Assembly: GCA_900541905.1 (NCBI GenBank)
Contig: UQLQ01000001.1
Span: forward strand, 19,759 to 83,758
Source of the DNA: an uncultured Oscillospiraceae bacterium
Lineage (GTDB): Bacteria > Bacillota > Clostridia > Oscillospirales > Acutalibacteraceae
Length of the DNA: 64,000 nt
Direction: 5' to 3'
Notes under the pieces: generated by a model
The model's database searches: none
Seen by the model: only the letters and a program-made list of their open reading frames with translations
What the model was told of the DNA's origin: nothing
Shown here: in pieces, positions 1 to 8,806 of the stretch
How positions within the stretch are numbered: position 1 is the stretch's first letter
How the letters are laid out: every line of letters starts with the position of its first letter
Position numbers and translations under genes: made by a program

Positions 1-350
1 TTAACAGATGATAATACAATCAATTTCACATGATTTTGATAAATGTCAAAGTATATATTTTATAGGTATAGAAAACAGTTATAGGTTTCATGATAGATGA
101 AACCTATTCGTTTTCACATTGAATCATTTTTGTTTGAATACACAGTTGGTCAAATGTTTACTGTGTTTTACAAAGAAGCCTATATTGGCATTAAGATATT
201 TTTGAGAGATGATATTTGGGGTGTTGTCCATTGATTTTAGGAGTACTGTTTTTAAGTCGTATTCCCAACAAATTTGACAACATAAATTAGTTTGCACACA
301 GTAAATTACGGAATTTCACATGTTTTTTTCCATATGGGTTATATTAGTAA

Positions 351-379
351 TTGACACAAAAATAAAATAGTGATATAGT
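351..379 (+). promoter_or_regulatory. Putative sigma-A promoter of copA (TTGACA-17-TATAGT)
   Basis: TTGACA at 351-356, a 17 nt spacer, then TATAGT at 374-379. It lies about 45 nt upstream of the copA ATG. Confidence 0.45.
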
Positions 380-387
380 ATGAATAA

Positions 388-403
388 CACCCCCTGAGGG
401 GTG
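388..403 (+). promoter_or_regulatory. GC-rich palindrome CACCCC-CTGA-GGGGTG, candidate CsoR operator
   Basis: Perfect 6 bp inverted arms in an otherwise AT-rich leader, lying between the -10 box and the RBS of copA. CsoR-family operators are GC-tract pseudo-palindromes. A csoR gene sits just downstream of copA. Confidence 0.45.
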
Positions 404-425
404 GGGTGATAAGAGGTGAAAATAT

Positions 426-3035
426 ATGAAGCAAAAATTTCAAGTAACAGGTATGACTTGCTCTGCATGCTCTTCTACAGTAGAACGAAATGTAAAAAAG
501 CTGGAGGGCGTAAAAGAAGTCACTGTGAATCTTTTGTCAAATTCCATGGTTGTTTCTTATGATGAAGACAAAGTAAATAACCAAACAATTATAGACACAG
601 TGGTAAAAGCCGGGTATCAAGCTGCTTTAGAGCAAAAAAATAGTCAGAAAAAAACATCTGCCACACCGGCAGTTTCACCTGTGGAACAAGATATTAAAAA
701 TATGAAATTCAGATTGATTTTATCTTTTGTGTTTTTAATACCGCTGATGTATATTTCTATGGGGCATATGTTTGGTGCTCCATTACCCAATTTTTTGACA
801 GGTAATGAAAATGCATTGTCATTTGCTTTGACTCAATTTTTGTTAACATTGCCTGTTGTTTATGTAAACCGCAAATACTTTCAAGCAGGTTTTAAAAATT
901 TAGTAAAGCTTCATCCAAATATGGATTCCTTAATTGCAATTGGTTCTTCTGCCGCTTTGATTTACGGTGTATTTGCAATTTATCAAATAGGAATCGGATT
1001 GGGTTATCAAGATATGGAAACGGTTCATCACTATACCATGGATTTGTATTTTGAATCTTCCGCAATGATATTGGCTTTAATTACGCTTGGTAAATTTTTA
1101 GAAACAAAATCAAAAGGCAAAACTTCAGAGGCAATTACAAAGTTATTGCATTTGGCACCAAAAACAGCAACGGTCATTCGTAACGGAGAAGAGCAGGAGA
1201 TTCCTGTGGAAGAAGTTGTGGTAGGGGATCGTATTGTGATTAAACCCGGACAGAGCATTCCCGTTGACGGCGTCATCATAGAGGGCAGTTCTTCCGTTGA
1301 CCAATCTGCCTTAACAGGTGAAAGTATCCCTGTGGAAAAAAATGTTGGAGATAAAGTCATTGCCGCATCTGTCAATAAAATGGGCTCTTTCCATATGGAG
1401 GCCCAAAAGGTTGGAGATGATACCACGTTGGCTCAAATTATCCAATTGGTCGAGGATGCAAATGCATCCAAAGCTCCCATTGCTAAATTAGCAGATAAAA
1501 TCAGCGGTATTTTTGTTCCCGTGGTCATTACCATTGCCGTAATTGCTACCATTGTATGGCTGATTTTGGGGTATCCGTTTGAGTTTGCACTTTCTATCGG
1601 TATTGCCGTATTGGTCATCTCTTGTCCGTGTGCACTTGGTTTGGCTACACCTGTAGCGATTATGGTGGGAACAGGAAAAGGTGCGGAGTATGGTATTTTA
1701 ATTAAATCAGCAGAAGCTTTGGAAGTGGCTCATAGTGTGAAAACGGTTGTACTGGATAAGACGGGTACCATTACAGAAGGAAAACCCAAGGTAACGGACA
1801 TTGTACCTTCAGAGCATATATCCGAACAAGAATTATTGTCTGTGGCGGCTTCTATGGAAAAACCGTCCGAACATCCATTGGCGGATGCAATTGTAGCATA
1901 TGCACAAGAGAAAAAAGTGAGTTTACTCCCAACAGAGCATTTTAAAGCAGTGTCAGGTCAAGGGATTACTGCTTCTATAAATGGAACCGAGTATTATGCA
2001 GGCAATATTTCTTTTATCAGCCAATATGTAGATGTGGAAAACTTTGAAGAACTCAGCAACACATTTGCCGATCAAGGGAAGACGCCGCTTTATTTTGCAG
2101 ACAGCAATCATATCTTAGGTGTAATTGCTGTAGCAGATGTAGTAAAGCCGACCAGTGCAGAGGCGATTTCACAACTGAAAGATATGCACATTGATGTTGT
2201 CATGTTAACAGGCGACCATAAGAAAACCGCGCAGGCCATTCAAAAACAGCTGGGAATTGACCGAGTGGTAGCAGAGGTATTGCCTCAAGATAAGGAACGA
2301 GAAATACGCACATTGCAGGAAGGCGGACACAAAGTTGCCATGGTTGGGGATGGTATCAATGACGCTCCGGCACTTGCAAGAGCAGACGTTGGTATTGCAA
2401 TCGGCGCAGGTACGGATATTGCGATTGAATCGGCTGATATTGTGTTGATGAAAAACAGCTTATTGGATGTAGTAACAGCAATCCGTTTAAGTAAAGCAAC
2501 CATTCGTAATATTAAAGAGAATTTATTCTGGGCCTTTTTCTATAACAGCATTGGAATTCCGTTGGCTGCGGGTGTATTTTTCTCTTTGCTTGGCTGGAAA
2601 TTGAATCCTATGTTTGGGGCTGCGGCAATGAGCTTGAGCTCCGTATGTGTTGTACTAAATGCATTGAGACTGAAATTCTTCAAACCACGCCAGATGGCGA
2701 GCGTACCAGAGAATTTGCAATGCAATACAGAAACATGTCCTATTCAAACGGTGACAGAACAGTCGGATTCTCCGATTGTTTCACAAATAGAAAATAATCA
2801 GAAAAAAGATGAAGGAGAGAAACAAGTTATGACAAAAATTATGAACATTAATGGTATGAGCTGCGGGCATTGTAAAGCAACCGTAGAAAAAATTTTAAAT
2901 GGATTTGACGGTGTACATGCAACTGTAGATTTGGATAAGAAATGCGCAGTGATGGAAGTAAGCGGACCAATTGATGAAAAAGCGATGATGGATGCAGTGA
3001 ATGAGGCTGGTTTTGAGGCCGTTTCTGTGGAATAA
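426..3035 (+). CDS. copA: Copper-translocating P1B-type ATPase with N- and C-terminal heavy-metal-associated domains
   Basis: N-terminal MTCSAC HMA motif, CPC transmembrane motif, DKTGT phosphorylation site, GDGINDAP hinge, and a second C-terminal HMA domain with GMSCGHC. 869 aa. Confidence 0.93.
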   Translation: MKQKFQVTGMTCSACSSTVERNVKKLEGVKEVTVNLLSNSMVVSYDEDKVNNQTIIDTVVKAGYQAALEQKNSQKKTSATPAVSPVEQDIKNMKFRLILSFVFLIPLMYISMGHMFGAPLPNFLTGNENALSFALTQFLLTLPVVYVNRKYFQAGFKNLVKLHPNMDSLIAIGSSAALIYGVFAIYQIGIGLGYQDMETVHHYTMDLYFESSAMILALITLGKFLETKSKGKTSEAITKLLHLAPKTATVIRNGEEQEIPVEEVVVGDRIVIKPGQSIPVDGVIIEGSSSVDQSALTGESIPVEKNVGDKVIAASVNKMGSFHMEAQKVGDDTTLAQIIQLVEDANASKAPIAKLADKISGIFVPVVITIAVIATIVWLILGYPFEFALSIGIAVLVISCPCALGLATPVAIMVGTGKGAEYGILIKSAEALEVAHSVKTVVLDKTGTITEGKPKVTDIVPSEHISEQELLSVAASMEKPSEHPLADAIVAYAQEKKVSLLPTEHFKAVSGQGITASINGTEYYAGNISFISQYVDVENFEELSNTFADQGKTPLYFADSNHILGVIAVADVVKPTSAEAISQLKDMHIDVVMLTGDHKKTAQAIQKQLGIDRVVAEVLPQDKEREIRTLQEGGHKVAMVGDGINDAPALARADVGIAIGAGTDIAIESADIVLMKNSLLDVVTAIRLSKATIRNIKENLFWAFFYNSIGIPLAAGVFFSLLGWKLNPMFGAAAMSLSSVCVVLNALRLKFFKPRQMASVPENLQCNTETCPIQTVTEQSDSPIVSQIENNQKKDEGEKQVMTKIMNINGMSCGHCKATVEKILNGFDGVHATVDLDKKCAVMEVSGPIDEKAMMDAVNEAGFEAVSVE

Positions 3036-3070
3036 ATATAATCGTTATTCATATAAGGCAGGTAAGAAAA

Positions 3071-3334
3071 ATGAAAGCTGATAAAGAAAAGGTAGCTCTT
3101 TTGCTAAAAACAGCAAGAGGACAATTGGACGGTTTATTAAAGATGGTAGAAGATGACCGTTATTGCATGGACATCTCCAATCAATTGTTGGCTACCCAGG
3201 CAATTTTAAAAAAGGCAAACAGAGAAGTGGTGCAGGCGCATTTAGGCAGTTGTGTGCGCGACGCATTTGAGAAAGGGAACGAAGAAGAAAAAATTACAGA
3301 AATTATGGATTTGCTGGATAAAATCGCAAAATAA
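3071..3334 (+). CDS. csoR: CsoR/RcnR-family metal-sensing transcriptional repressor
   Basis: 87 aa, with the DUF156 helical pattern and conserved Cys and His residues (..RYCMD.., ..HLGSC..). It lies directly downstream of copA. Confidence 0.8.
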   Translation: MKADKEKVALLLKTARGQLDGLLKMVEDDRYCMDISNQLLATQAILKKANREVVQAHLGSCVRDAFEKGNEEEKITEIMDLLDKIAK

Positions 3335-3335
3335 A

Positions 3336-3370
3336 CAGCAGGGCTTCTTTTTGAAGCCCTGCTGTTTTTA
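3336..3370 (+). terminator. Rho-independent terminator after csoR
   Basis: 12 bp perfect stem cagcagggcttc / gaagccctgctg with a TTTTT loop, followed by a T-run. Confidence 0.8.
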
Positions 3371-3508
3371 TAGAATAAGGGAGGGAACCTGTATAAGGAA
3401 AAGTTATAAAAATCTCATTCTGTATTTGAAGGAGTTTTCTTTATATAAAGGAAAGTATAGGTATAAAATAAAATGAATTTTTGTTAAAAATTATGAAAAG
3501 AAAAATGT

Positions 3509-3685
3509 TTATTGATACAGCGAAAAATAAATAGTTTCATTTGTTACAATATGGTTTTGAGAAATATGAGAGCCAATTGTTTCATTTCTGTGTTTTGCAG
3601 CATAATAAAAGCTAAGGTAAACTGTAATACTGGTTACTACGACTAATGCGATTAAAATACATAAAAAGACAGCCGGTTTTTTCAT
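3509..3685 (-). CDS. Small hydrophobic membrane peptide (58 aa)
   Basis: Translation from the complement is MKKPAVFLCILIALVVVTSITVYLSFYYAAKHRNETIGSHISQNHIVTNETIYFSLYQ. Its start codon overlaps the stop of the upstream peptide as ATGA. Not in the ORF track because it is under 60 aa. Confidence 0.45.
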   Translation of the reverse strand: MKKPAVFLCILIALVVVTSITVYLSFYYAAKHRNETIGSHISQNHIVTNETIYFSLYQ

Positions 3686-3789
3686 CTTTTTATTTTCCTT
3701 TTTAATCTGTTAAAATCAGTGCATAGTAAAATACTGCTAATAACCAGAATGAAACTGGCAAAGCTAAAATAGATTAAGGTTTTTTTCAT
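3682..3789 (-). CDS. Small hydrophobic peptide (35 aa) with a basic C-terminus
   Basis: Translation from the complement is MKKTLIYFSFASFILVISSILLCTDFNRLKRKIKR. A strong RBS GGGAGGG lies 8 nt upstream of the ATG. One transmembrane helix followed by a KR-rich tail. Confidence 0.45.
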   Translation of the reverse strand: MKKTLIYFSFASFILVISSILLCTDFNRLKRKIKR

Positions 3790-3846
3790 GTTGTATCCCT
3801 CCCTTTGTCTATATTGTATTACATTATGCTGCTATCAGAAATCGAT

Positions 3847-3881
3847 TCATCTTACATTAAACTTACAGTTTTGTAAGATGA
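3847..3881. promoter_or_regulatory. Nested inverted repeat (TCATCTTACA N15 TGTAAGATGA, with an extra internal CTTACA copy)
   Basis: 10 bp perfect inverted arms plus a third half-site in the spacer. It sits in the divergent region between the small-peptide genes (minus) and pdxK (plus). Confidence 0.4.
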
Positions 3882-3987
3882 ACCATAAGTGATAGAGATT
3901 GGCATAGACAAGGGCTTTTCTTGACTTTTCCAAAAAAATATTTTATCATTGACCTCACAAATATGAATCATATAAGGAGTATCAACT

Positions 3988-4839
3988 ATGGAGTTAAAAA
4001 GAGTTGCGGCGATTCACGATATTTCAGGGTTTGGCAAATGCTCATTAACAGTAGCATTGCCTATTATTTCCGCTGCAGGTATTGAAACCAGCGTAATCCC
4101 TACTGCGGTGTTATCTACACATACAGGAGGATTCACGGGTTTTACATACCGTGACTTAACAGAAGACATTATGCCCATTGTAGATCACTGGAAAACGTTG
4201 GACATTACCTTTGACGGTATTTATACCGGATTTTTAGGTTCCTTTGAGCAAGTGCATTTAATAGAGCAAACCATTGATAAACTGAAAACAGAAAAAACCA
4301 TTGTGGTAATTGATCCCGTTATGGCAGATAATGGAGAGCTATATGCAATTTTTTCAGAAGAGTTTCCGAAGGAAATGGCAAAACTTTGTAAAAAGGCAGA
4401 TTTACTGATTCCGAACTTAACAGAAGCATCCTTGCTGCTGGAAGAACCTTATATGGCAGATGGCACCTATACACAAGCAGACATTGAAGGATTACTGAAG
4501 CGTTTATCTGATTTATGCCAAGGTGATGTGGTGCTTACAGGCATTTCTTTTGAACCTGAAAAACTTGGTGCTGCTGTTTACGAGAGAAAAACCGACAAAA
4601 TCGCATATGCATTCACACAAAGAATTGAAGGTTATTATCATGGTACAGGTGATGTGTTTGCCAGTGCAGTGACGTCCGGTGTGTTAAACGGATTCACGCT
4701 TGCCCAATCTGCACAAATAGCGGTAGATTTTACAGCAGCTGCTATTTTACGTACCAAAAATGCAGGAACAGACATTCGTTTTGGCGTAAATTTTGAACAA
4801 GAAATTCCTTCTTTCTTAAAAGCCTTAAAATTAGTATAA
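3988..4839 (+). CDS. pdxK: Pyridoxal/pyridoxine/pyridoxamine kinase (ribokinase superfamily, PdxK/PdxY-like)
   Basis: 283 aa with a GTGD nucleotide-binding C-terminal motif. Collinear with PdxK/PdxY. AAGGAG ribosome-binding site. Confidence 0.7.
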   Translation: MELKRVAAIHDISGFGKCSLTVALPIISAAGIETSVIPTAVLSTHTGGFTGFTYRDLTEDIMPIVDHWKTLDITFDGIYTGFLGSFEQVHLIEQTIDKLKTEKTIVVIDPVMADNGELYAIFSEEFPKEMAKLCKKADLLIPNLTEASLLLEEPYMADGTYTQADIEGLLKRLSDLCQGDVVLTGISFEPEKLGAAVYERKTDKIAYAFTQRIEGYYHGTGDVFASAVTSGVLNGFTLAQSAQIAVDFTAAAILRTKNAGTDIRFGVNFEQEIPSFLKALKLV

Positions 4840-4941
4840 ATCTTCTTTTTCTATTCATAATTATTTTTAATCTGTTATTAAAAATTTCATGATTTTAGTT
4901 CTTTGATTTGTTATAATACTTGTAAACTGATTAAAAGAGGT

Positions 4942-5346
4942 ATGCTAACAACTATGATGGATAGAATCGCAAGATTTTTATACGGGAGATATGGTTCAGA
5001 CCAGCTCAACATTGCACTGATTATTTTTTCTTTGGTGATATCCATAGTCATGCGCTTTACACCTGTTTGGTATTTGGGATATTTATGCTATATCCCGCTT
5101 GGCTTTAGTGTTTTCAGGATGCTTTCCCGAAATATTGAAGCAAGAAGAAAAGAAAATTTAATGTTTTTAAAAATTGTTTGGCCATTTAAAAACTGGACTC
5201 AATATACCAGCAGAAAAGTAAAAGATAAAACCCATAAATATTATAAATGTCCTAAATGTAAAGCTGTTTTGCGTGTTCCAAAAGGACGCGGTAAAATTCA
5301 AATTACCTGCGCAAAATGTAAACACGAGTTTATCAAGAAAACTTAA
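4942..5346 (+). CDS. Membrane protein with a C-terminal zinc ribbon (CPKC...CAKC)
   Basis: A hydrophobic central segment followed by CPKCKAVLRVPKGRGKIQITCAKCKHEF. The start was moved to the RBS-backed ATG (MLTTMMDR). Confidence 0.5.
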   Translation: MLTTMMDRIARFLYGRYGSDQLNIALIIFSLVISIVMRFTPVWYLGYLCYIPLGFSVFRMLSRNIEARRKENLMFLKIVWPFKNWTQYTSRKVKDKTHKYYKCPKCKAVLRVPKGRGKIQITCAKCKHEFIKKT

Positions 5347-5359
5347 GGGAGATTGATTT

Positions 5360-5851
5360 ATGAGATTATCTGATCAAGAGCGCGCGTATTTTAAGGCTTG
5401 TTCTGATGAATTGCTTGAGCATCATTTGGTTCAAAGTATGAGCAGATATGAACAGCATGGCACTACCAATCGACTGGATCATAGTGTTCAGGTAGCACAA
5501 TACAGTTACTGGGTCAGCAAAAAATTAAAGTTAAAATTGGATCAAAAAAGTTTGATTCGAGGCGCTTTGCTCCATGATTTTTTTCTATATGATTGGCGTA
5601 CGGGCACAGACCATGAAGGTGCCCATGCATTTACTCATCCGGAAACTGCCTTGAGTAATGCAATTGAACATTTTGAAATCAATGAAAAAGAAGCAGATAT
5701 TATTTTAAATCATATGTGGCCTTTGACTATTACAAAAATGCCGAGTTGCAAAGAAAGTTTTCTTGTAAGCGCTATAGATAAATATTGTTCGCTGAAGGAA
5801 AACTTTAACCGGGTCAAAAAAGTCAAATGGATTCCGCAATTTGCAAAATAA
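5360..5851 (+). CDS. HD-domain phosphohydrolase
   Basis: 163 aa with an H...HD metal-binding motif (ALLHDFF). It is 14 nt downstream of the zinc-ribbon gene. Confidence 0.65.
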   Translation: MRLSDQERAYFKACSDELLEHHLVQSMSRYEQHGTTNRLDHSVQVAQYSYWVSKKLKLKLDQKSLIRGALLHDFFLYDWRTGTDHEGAHAFTHPETALSNAIEHFEINEKEADIILNHMWPLTITKMPSCKESFLVSAIDKYCSLKENFNRVKKVKWIPQFAK

Positions 5852-5854
5852 CAA

Positions 5855-5886
5855 AAAATCCGTATCGTTTTGATGCGGATTTTTTA
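5855..5886 (+). terminator. Rho-independent terminator after the HD gene
   Basis: 9 bp stem containing one G-U pair, followed by TTTTTT. Confidence 0.6.
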
Positions 5887-5952
5887 TATTTACAAATAAG
5901 TTGCCAATAGCGTATAATGACAGTATCATGTGGGGCAAAGGAGAACCATTCG

Positions 5953-6984
5953 ATGTTAAAAGGAAAGAAACTGCTGATTACAGGAGGGACAGGCTCTTTT
6001 GGAAATGCAGTGTTAAAACGCTTTTTAGATACAGAGGTGGAAGAAATCCGTATTTTTTCCAGAGATGAAAAAAAGCAGGTAGACATGCGCCGTGTATATC
6101 AAAACGATAGAATACAATATTATATTGGCGATGTACGCGATTTAAACAGCATTCGCCAAGCAATGTACGATATTGACTATGTGTTCCATGCTGCAGCGCT
6201 CAAACAAGTGCCAAACTGTGAATTTTTTCCTCTTGAAGCAGTAAAGACAAATGTTTTGGGCACAGATAATGTACTGACTGCCGCAATTGATTCAGGAGTG
6301 AAAAAAGTAATTTGCCTTTCTACGGATAAGGCTGCATATCCCGTCAATGCAATGGGTGCTTCAAAGGCGCTTATGGAAAAGGTCTTCATTGCCAGAGCAA
6401 GAACCGTATCTCCTGACAGAACTTTAATTTGTGGTACACGTTATGGAAATGTTATGTGCTCCAGAGGCTCTGTGATACCATTGTTTATCGAACAAATTAA
6501 AGCAGGTAAACCGTTGACGATTACCAATCCCAATATGACACGCTTTATGATGAGTTTGGAAGAAGCTGTTGATTTGGTATTGTTTACCTTTGCACATGCA
6601 CAATCCGGGGATATTATGGTACAAAAAGCGCCTGCATGCACCATTGGGATATTGGCTCAAGCATTGCAGGAGTTGTTTGGCATAAAAAATGAAATACAGG
6701 TCATAGGCGTACGTCACGGAGAAAAGCTGTATGAAACATTATTGACGAAAGAAGAATGTGTCAATGCGGTAGATATGGGCAATTTTTATCGTGTTCCTAT
6801 GGACAAAAGAAAACTGAATTATACTCGTTATCAGATGGAAGAAAGACAAAAAGAGCCGTTTATATTGGAGGAATTTAATTCCAATAACACAGTACAGCTA
6901 ACAGTAGCGCAGGTAAAGGAACATTTGTTAAAATTATCATTTGTACAGGATGAGTTGAAAAATTGGAGTTCTGACAAAAGATAG
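5953..6984 (+). CDS. NAD-dependent sugar 4,6-dehydratase/epimerase of the PseB/FlaA1/CapD type (UDP-GlcNAc 4,6-dehydratase-like)
   Basis: N-terminal LLITGGTGSFG Rossmann motif typical of PseB/CapD, and a YGASK catalytic Y-x3-K. The start was set at the RBS-backed ATG (MLKGKK). Confidence 0.65.
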   Translation: MLKGKKLLITGGTGSFGNAVLKRFLDTEVEEIRIFSRDEKKQVDMRRVYQNDRIQYYIGDVRDLNSIRQAMYDIDYVFHAAALKQVPNCEFFPLEAVKTNVLGTDNVLTAAIDSGVKKVICLSTDKAAYPVNAMGASKALMEKVFIARARTVSPDRTLICGTRYGNVMCSRGSVIPLFIEQIKAGKPLTITNPNMTRFMMSLEEAVDLVLFTFAHAQSGDIMVQKAPACTIGILAQALQELFGIKNEIQVIGVRHGEKLYETLLTKEECVNAVDMGNFYRVPMDKRKLNYTRYQMEERQKEPFILEEFNSNNTVQLTVAQVKEHLLKLSFVQDELKNWSSDKR

Positions 6985-7027
6985 ATTTTATACATATGGT
7001 ATTAAATAATATAAATATACGAAGTAT

Positions 7028-7075
7028 AAAAATCGCTATGCACAGTAATATCATTGCATAGCGATTTTTATTATT
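7028..7075 (+). terminator. Rho-independent terminator
   Basis: 14 bp perfect stem aaaatcgctatgca / tgcatagcgatttt followed by a T-rich tail. Confidence 0.8.
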
Positions 7076-7193
7076 TTATTGAAACAGTTATGATATGTGA
7101 ATTGGGAATATAATTTCACAAAATATTTCCATAAGGTACTTGCTTGTGACGCGGCGTAATGTTTTATACTATAACAAAGAGGTGATTTCAAAT

Positions 7194-7994
7194 ATGAAGA
7201 AAAATAAGGCGATTCCTCAGGGATACATGACAGTAGGAGAAGTTGCCAAGAAAATGAACGTTTCTGTACGCACCTTGCAGTATTACGATAAAGAAGGTTT
7301 ATTTACGCCATCGGCAGAGAGCGAGGGGGGACGGCGGCTGTATACAGATAAGGATATGATTCAGCTGCACCAAATATTGTCTTTAAAACATTTGGGTTTT
7401 TCATTGGGGGATATTAAAAATCGTTTGATATCTCTTGATACTCCGGATGAAGTTGCGCGAGTCCTCTCAGAACAAGCGGCAGTTGTACGAGATAAAATTG
7501 AATGTTTATCTCAGTCTTTAAAAGAGCTGGAAGCCCTGAAAGAAGAAGTGCTTCAAATGCAATCGGTCAATTTTAAAAAATATGCGGATATTATTGTGAA
7601 TCTGCAAATGAAAAATGATTTTTATTGGCTCATCAAACATTTTGACGATACAATGCTTGACCACATACGCAATCGTTTTGATAAGGAAAGCGGGCTTACA
7701 TTTATCAAACACTTTACAAAATTGCAAGATAAAGTATTGCAGTATCAAAAAGAACAGGTGTCTCCCGAAAGTGAAAAAGGGCAGCAGATTGCAAAAGAAT
7801 TTTGGGGAATGATTGTGGAATTTACAAACGGAGATATGAGTATGCTGCCGCAGTTGATGGATTTTGGAACTGTGGAGGACCCAAATGAACAATGGCAGAA
7901 AAAACAAATGGCTGTGAATGCTTTTATGGAACCTGCTTTAGAGATTTATTTTAAGAATTTGGGTATCAATCCGTTTCAGGGGGAACAGCCGTGA
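7194..7994 (+). CDS. MerR-family transcriptional regulator with a TipAS/Mta-like C-terminal effector domain
   Basis: N-terminal MerR helix-turn-helix (MTVGEVAKKMNVSVRTLQYYDKEGLF). The roughly 190 aa C-terminal domain contains an FTNGD...LPQL motif resembling TipAS/Mta drug-binding domains. Confidence 0.7.
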   Translation: MKKNKAIPQGYMTVGEVAKKMNVSVRTLQYYDKEGLFTPSAESEGGRRLYTDKDMIQLHQILSLKHLGFSLGDIKNRLISLDTPDEVARVLSEQAAVVRDKIECLSQSLKELEALKEEVLQMQSVNFKKYADIIVNLQMKNDFYWLIKHFDDTMLDHIRNRFDKESGLTFIKHFTKLQDKVLQYQKEQVSPESEKGQQIAKEFWGMIVEFTNGDMSMLPQLMDFGTVEDPNEQWQKKQMAVNAFMEPALEIYFKNLGINPFQGEQP

Positions 7995-8806
7995 GCCATG
8001 CAATTGAAATTTGCGGATTACAAAAATCTTACGGGAATCATATTGTCTTACATGATGTCTCTTTCTGTATCTTGCGGGGGGAAATTTTTGGATTATTGGG
8101 TGTAAACGGTTCAGGGAAAACCACAGCATTGGAATGTATCGAAGGATTGCGCAGATATGACAAAGGCTGCATTACAGTAAACGGTAAAATAGGTATTCAA
8201 CTTCAGTCGGCTTCTTTGCCTGCGCATATCAAGACCATGGAAGCACTTCAACTGGCTGCAAAGTGGAATCATGCAGATATAGATGATGAAATAATTGGGG
8301 TACTTGGTATTGAACAATTAGCAAAAAAACAATATATGGAATTATCCACCGGACAAAAACGAAGATTGCATCTTGCACTGGCTTTGGTCGGCCAGCCTGA
8401 AATCCTTTTTTTGGACGAACCAACAGCAGGATTAGATGTGCAAGGAAGAATCTCACTGCATCACCAAATACGAACACTGAAAGAGCAGGGAAAGACAATC
8501 ATATTAGCCAGCCACGATATGGCGGAAGTGGAAAGTTTGTGTGACCGTATTGCTATTTTACATGAAGGAAGGATTGCCTTTTGCGGCACGGTAGAACAAC
8601 TGACAGAAAAAATAGAAAAGCGTTATCATCTTTTCATAAAAACCAGTCAAGGCGACCAAACCTTTGTGGTTGATAATATAGGGGATGCCCTAATCGCCCT
8701 ATTGGAGGAGTACCGTCAAAAAGGTATTACCATACTGGATATTCAAATAGACAGAGGAACATTGGAGCAGCACTTTATCCAATTTGTAAAGGGAGATGGA
8801 AAATGA
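7991..8806 (+). CDS. ABC transporter ATP-binding protein
   Basis: Walker A GVNGSGKTT, signature LSTGQKRR, Walker B ILFLDEP. A GTG start overlaps the merR stop as GTGA. Confidence 0.85.
   Translation: MSHAIEICGLQKSYGNHIVLHDVSFCILRGEIFGLLGVNGSGKTTALECIEGLRRYDKGCITVNGKIGIQLQSASLPAHIKTMEALQLAAKWNHADIDDEIIGVLGIEQLAKKQYMELSTGQKRRLHLALALVGQPEILFLDEPTAGLDVQGRISLHHQIRTLKEQGKTIILASHDMAEVESLCDRIAILHEGRIAFCGTVEQLTEKIEKRYHLFIKTSQGDQTFVVDNIGDALIALLEEYRQKGITILDIQIDRGTLEQHFIQFVKGDGK

Noticed and set aside
76-110. Hairpin at the window start as a terminator of an upstream, off-window gene
   Set aside because: This is possible, since an 11 bp stem is followed by cgttttcac. The T-tract is poor, however, and the dyad shares its core with the cooS-upstream palindrome. 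It was therefore treated as a candidate protein-binding site instead, and is listed under findings.
1031-3052. Multiple minus-strand ORFs (1031..1426, 1433..1618, 2285..2503, 2540..2725, 2798..3052) inside copA
   Set aside because: They are antisense shadow ORFs within a well-supported 869 aa P-type ATPase. They have no RBS and no domain signal.
3252-3476. 74 aa plus-strand ORF overlapping the csoR 3' end and its terminator
   Set aside because: It runs through the terminator hairpin and an AT-rich tail. It has a lysine-rich, low-complexity translation and no RBS.
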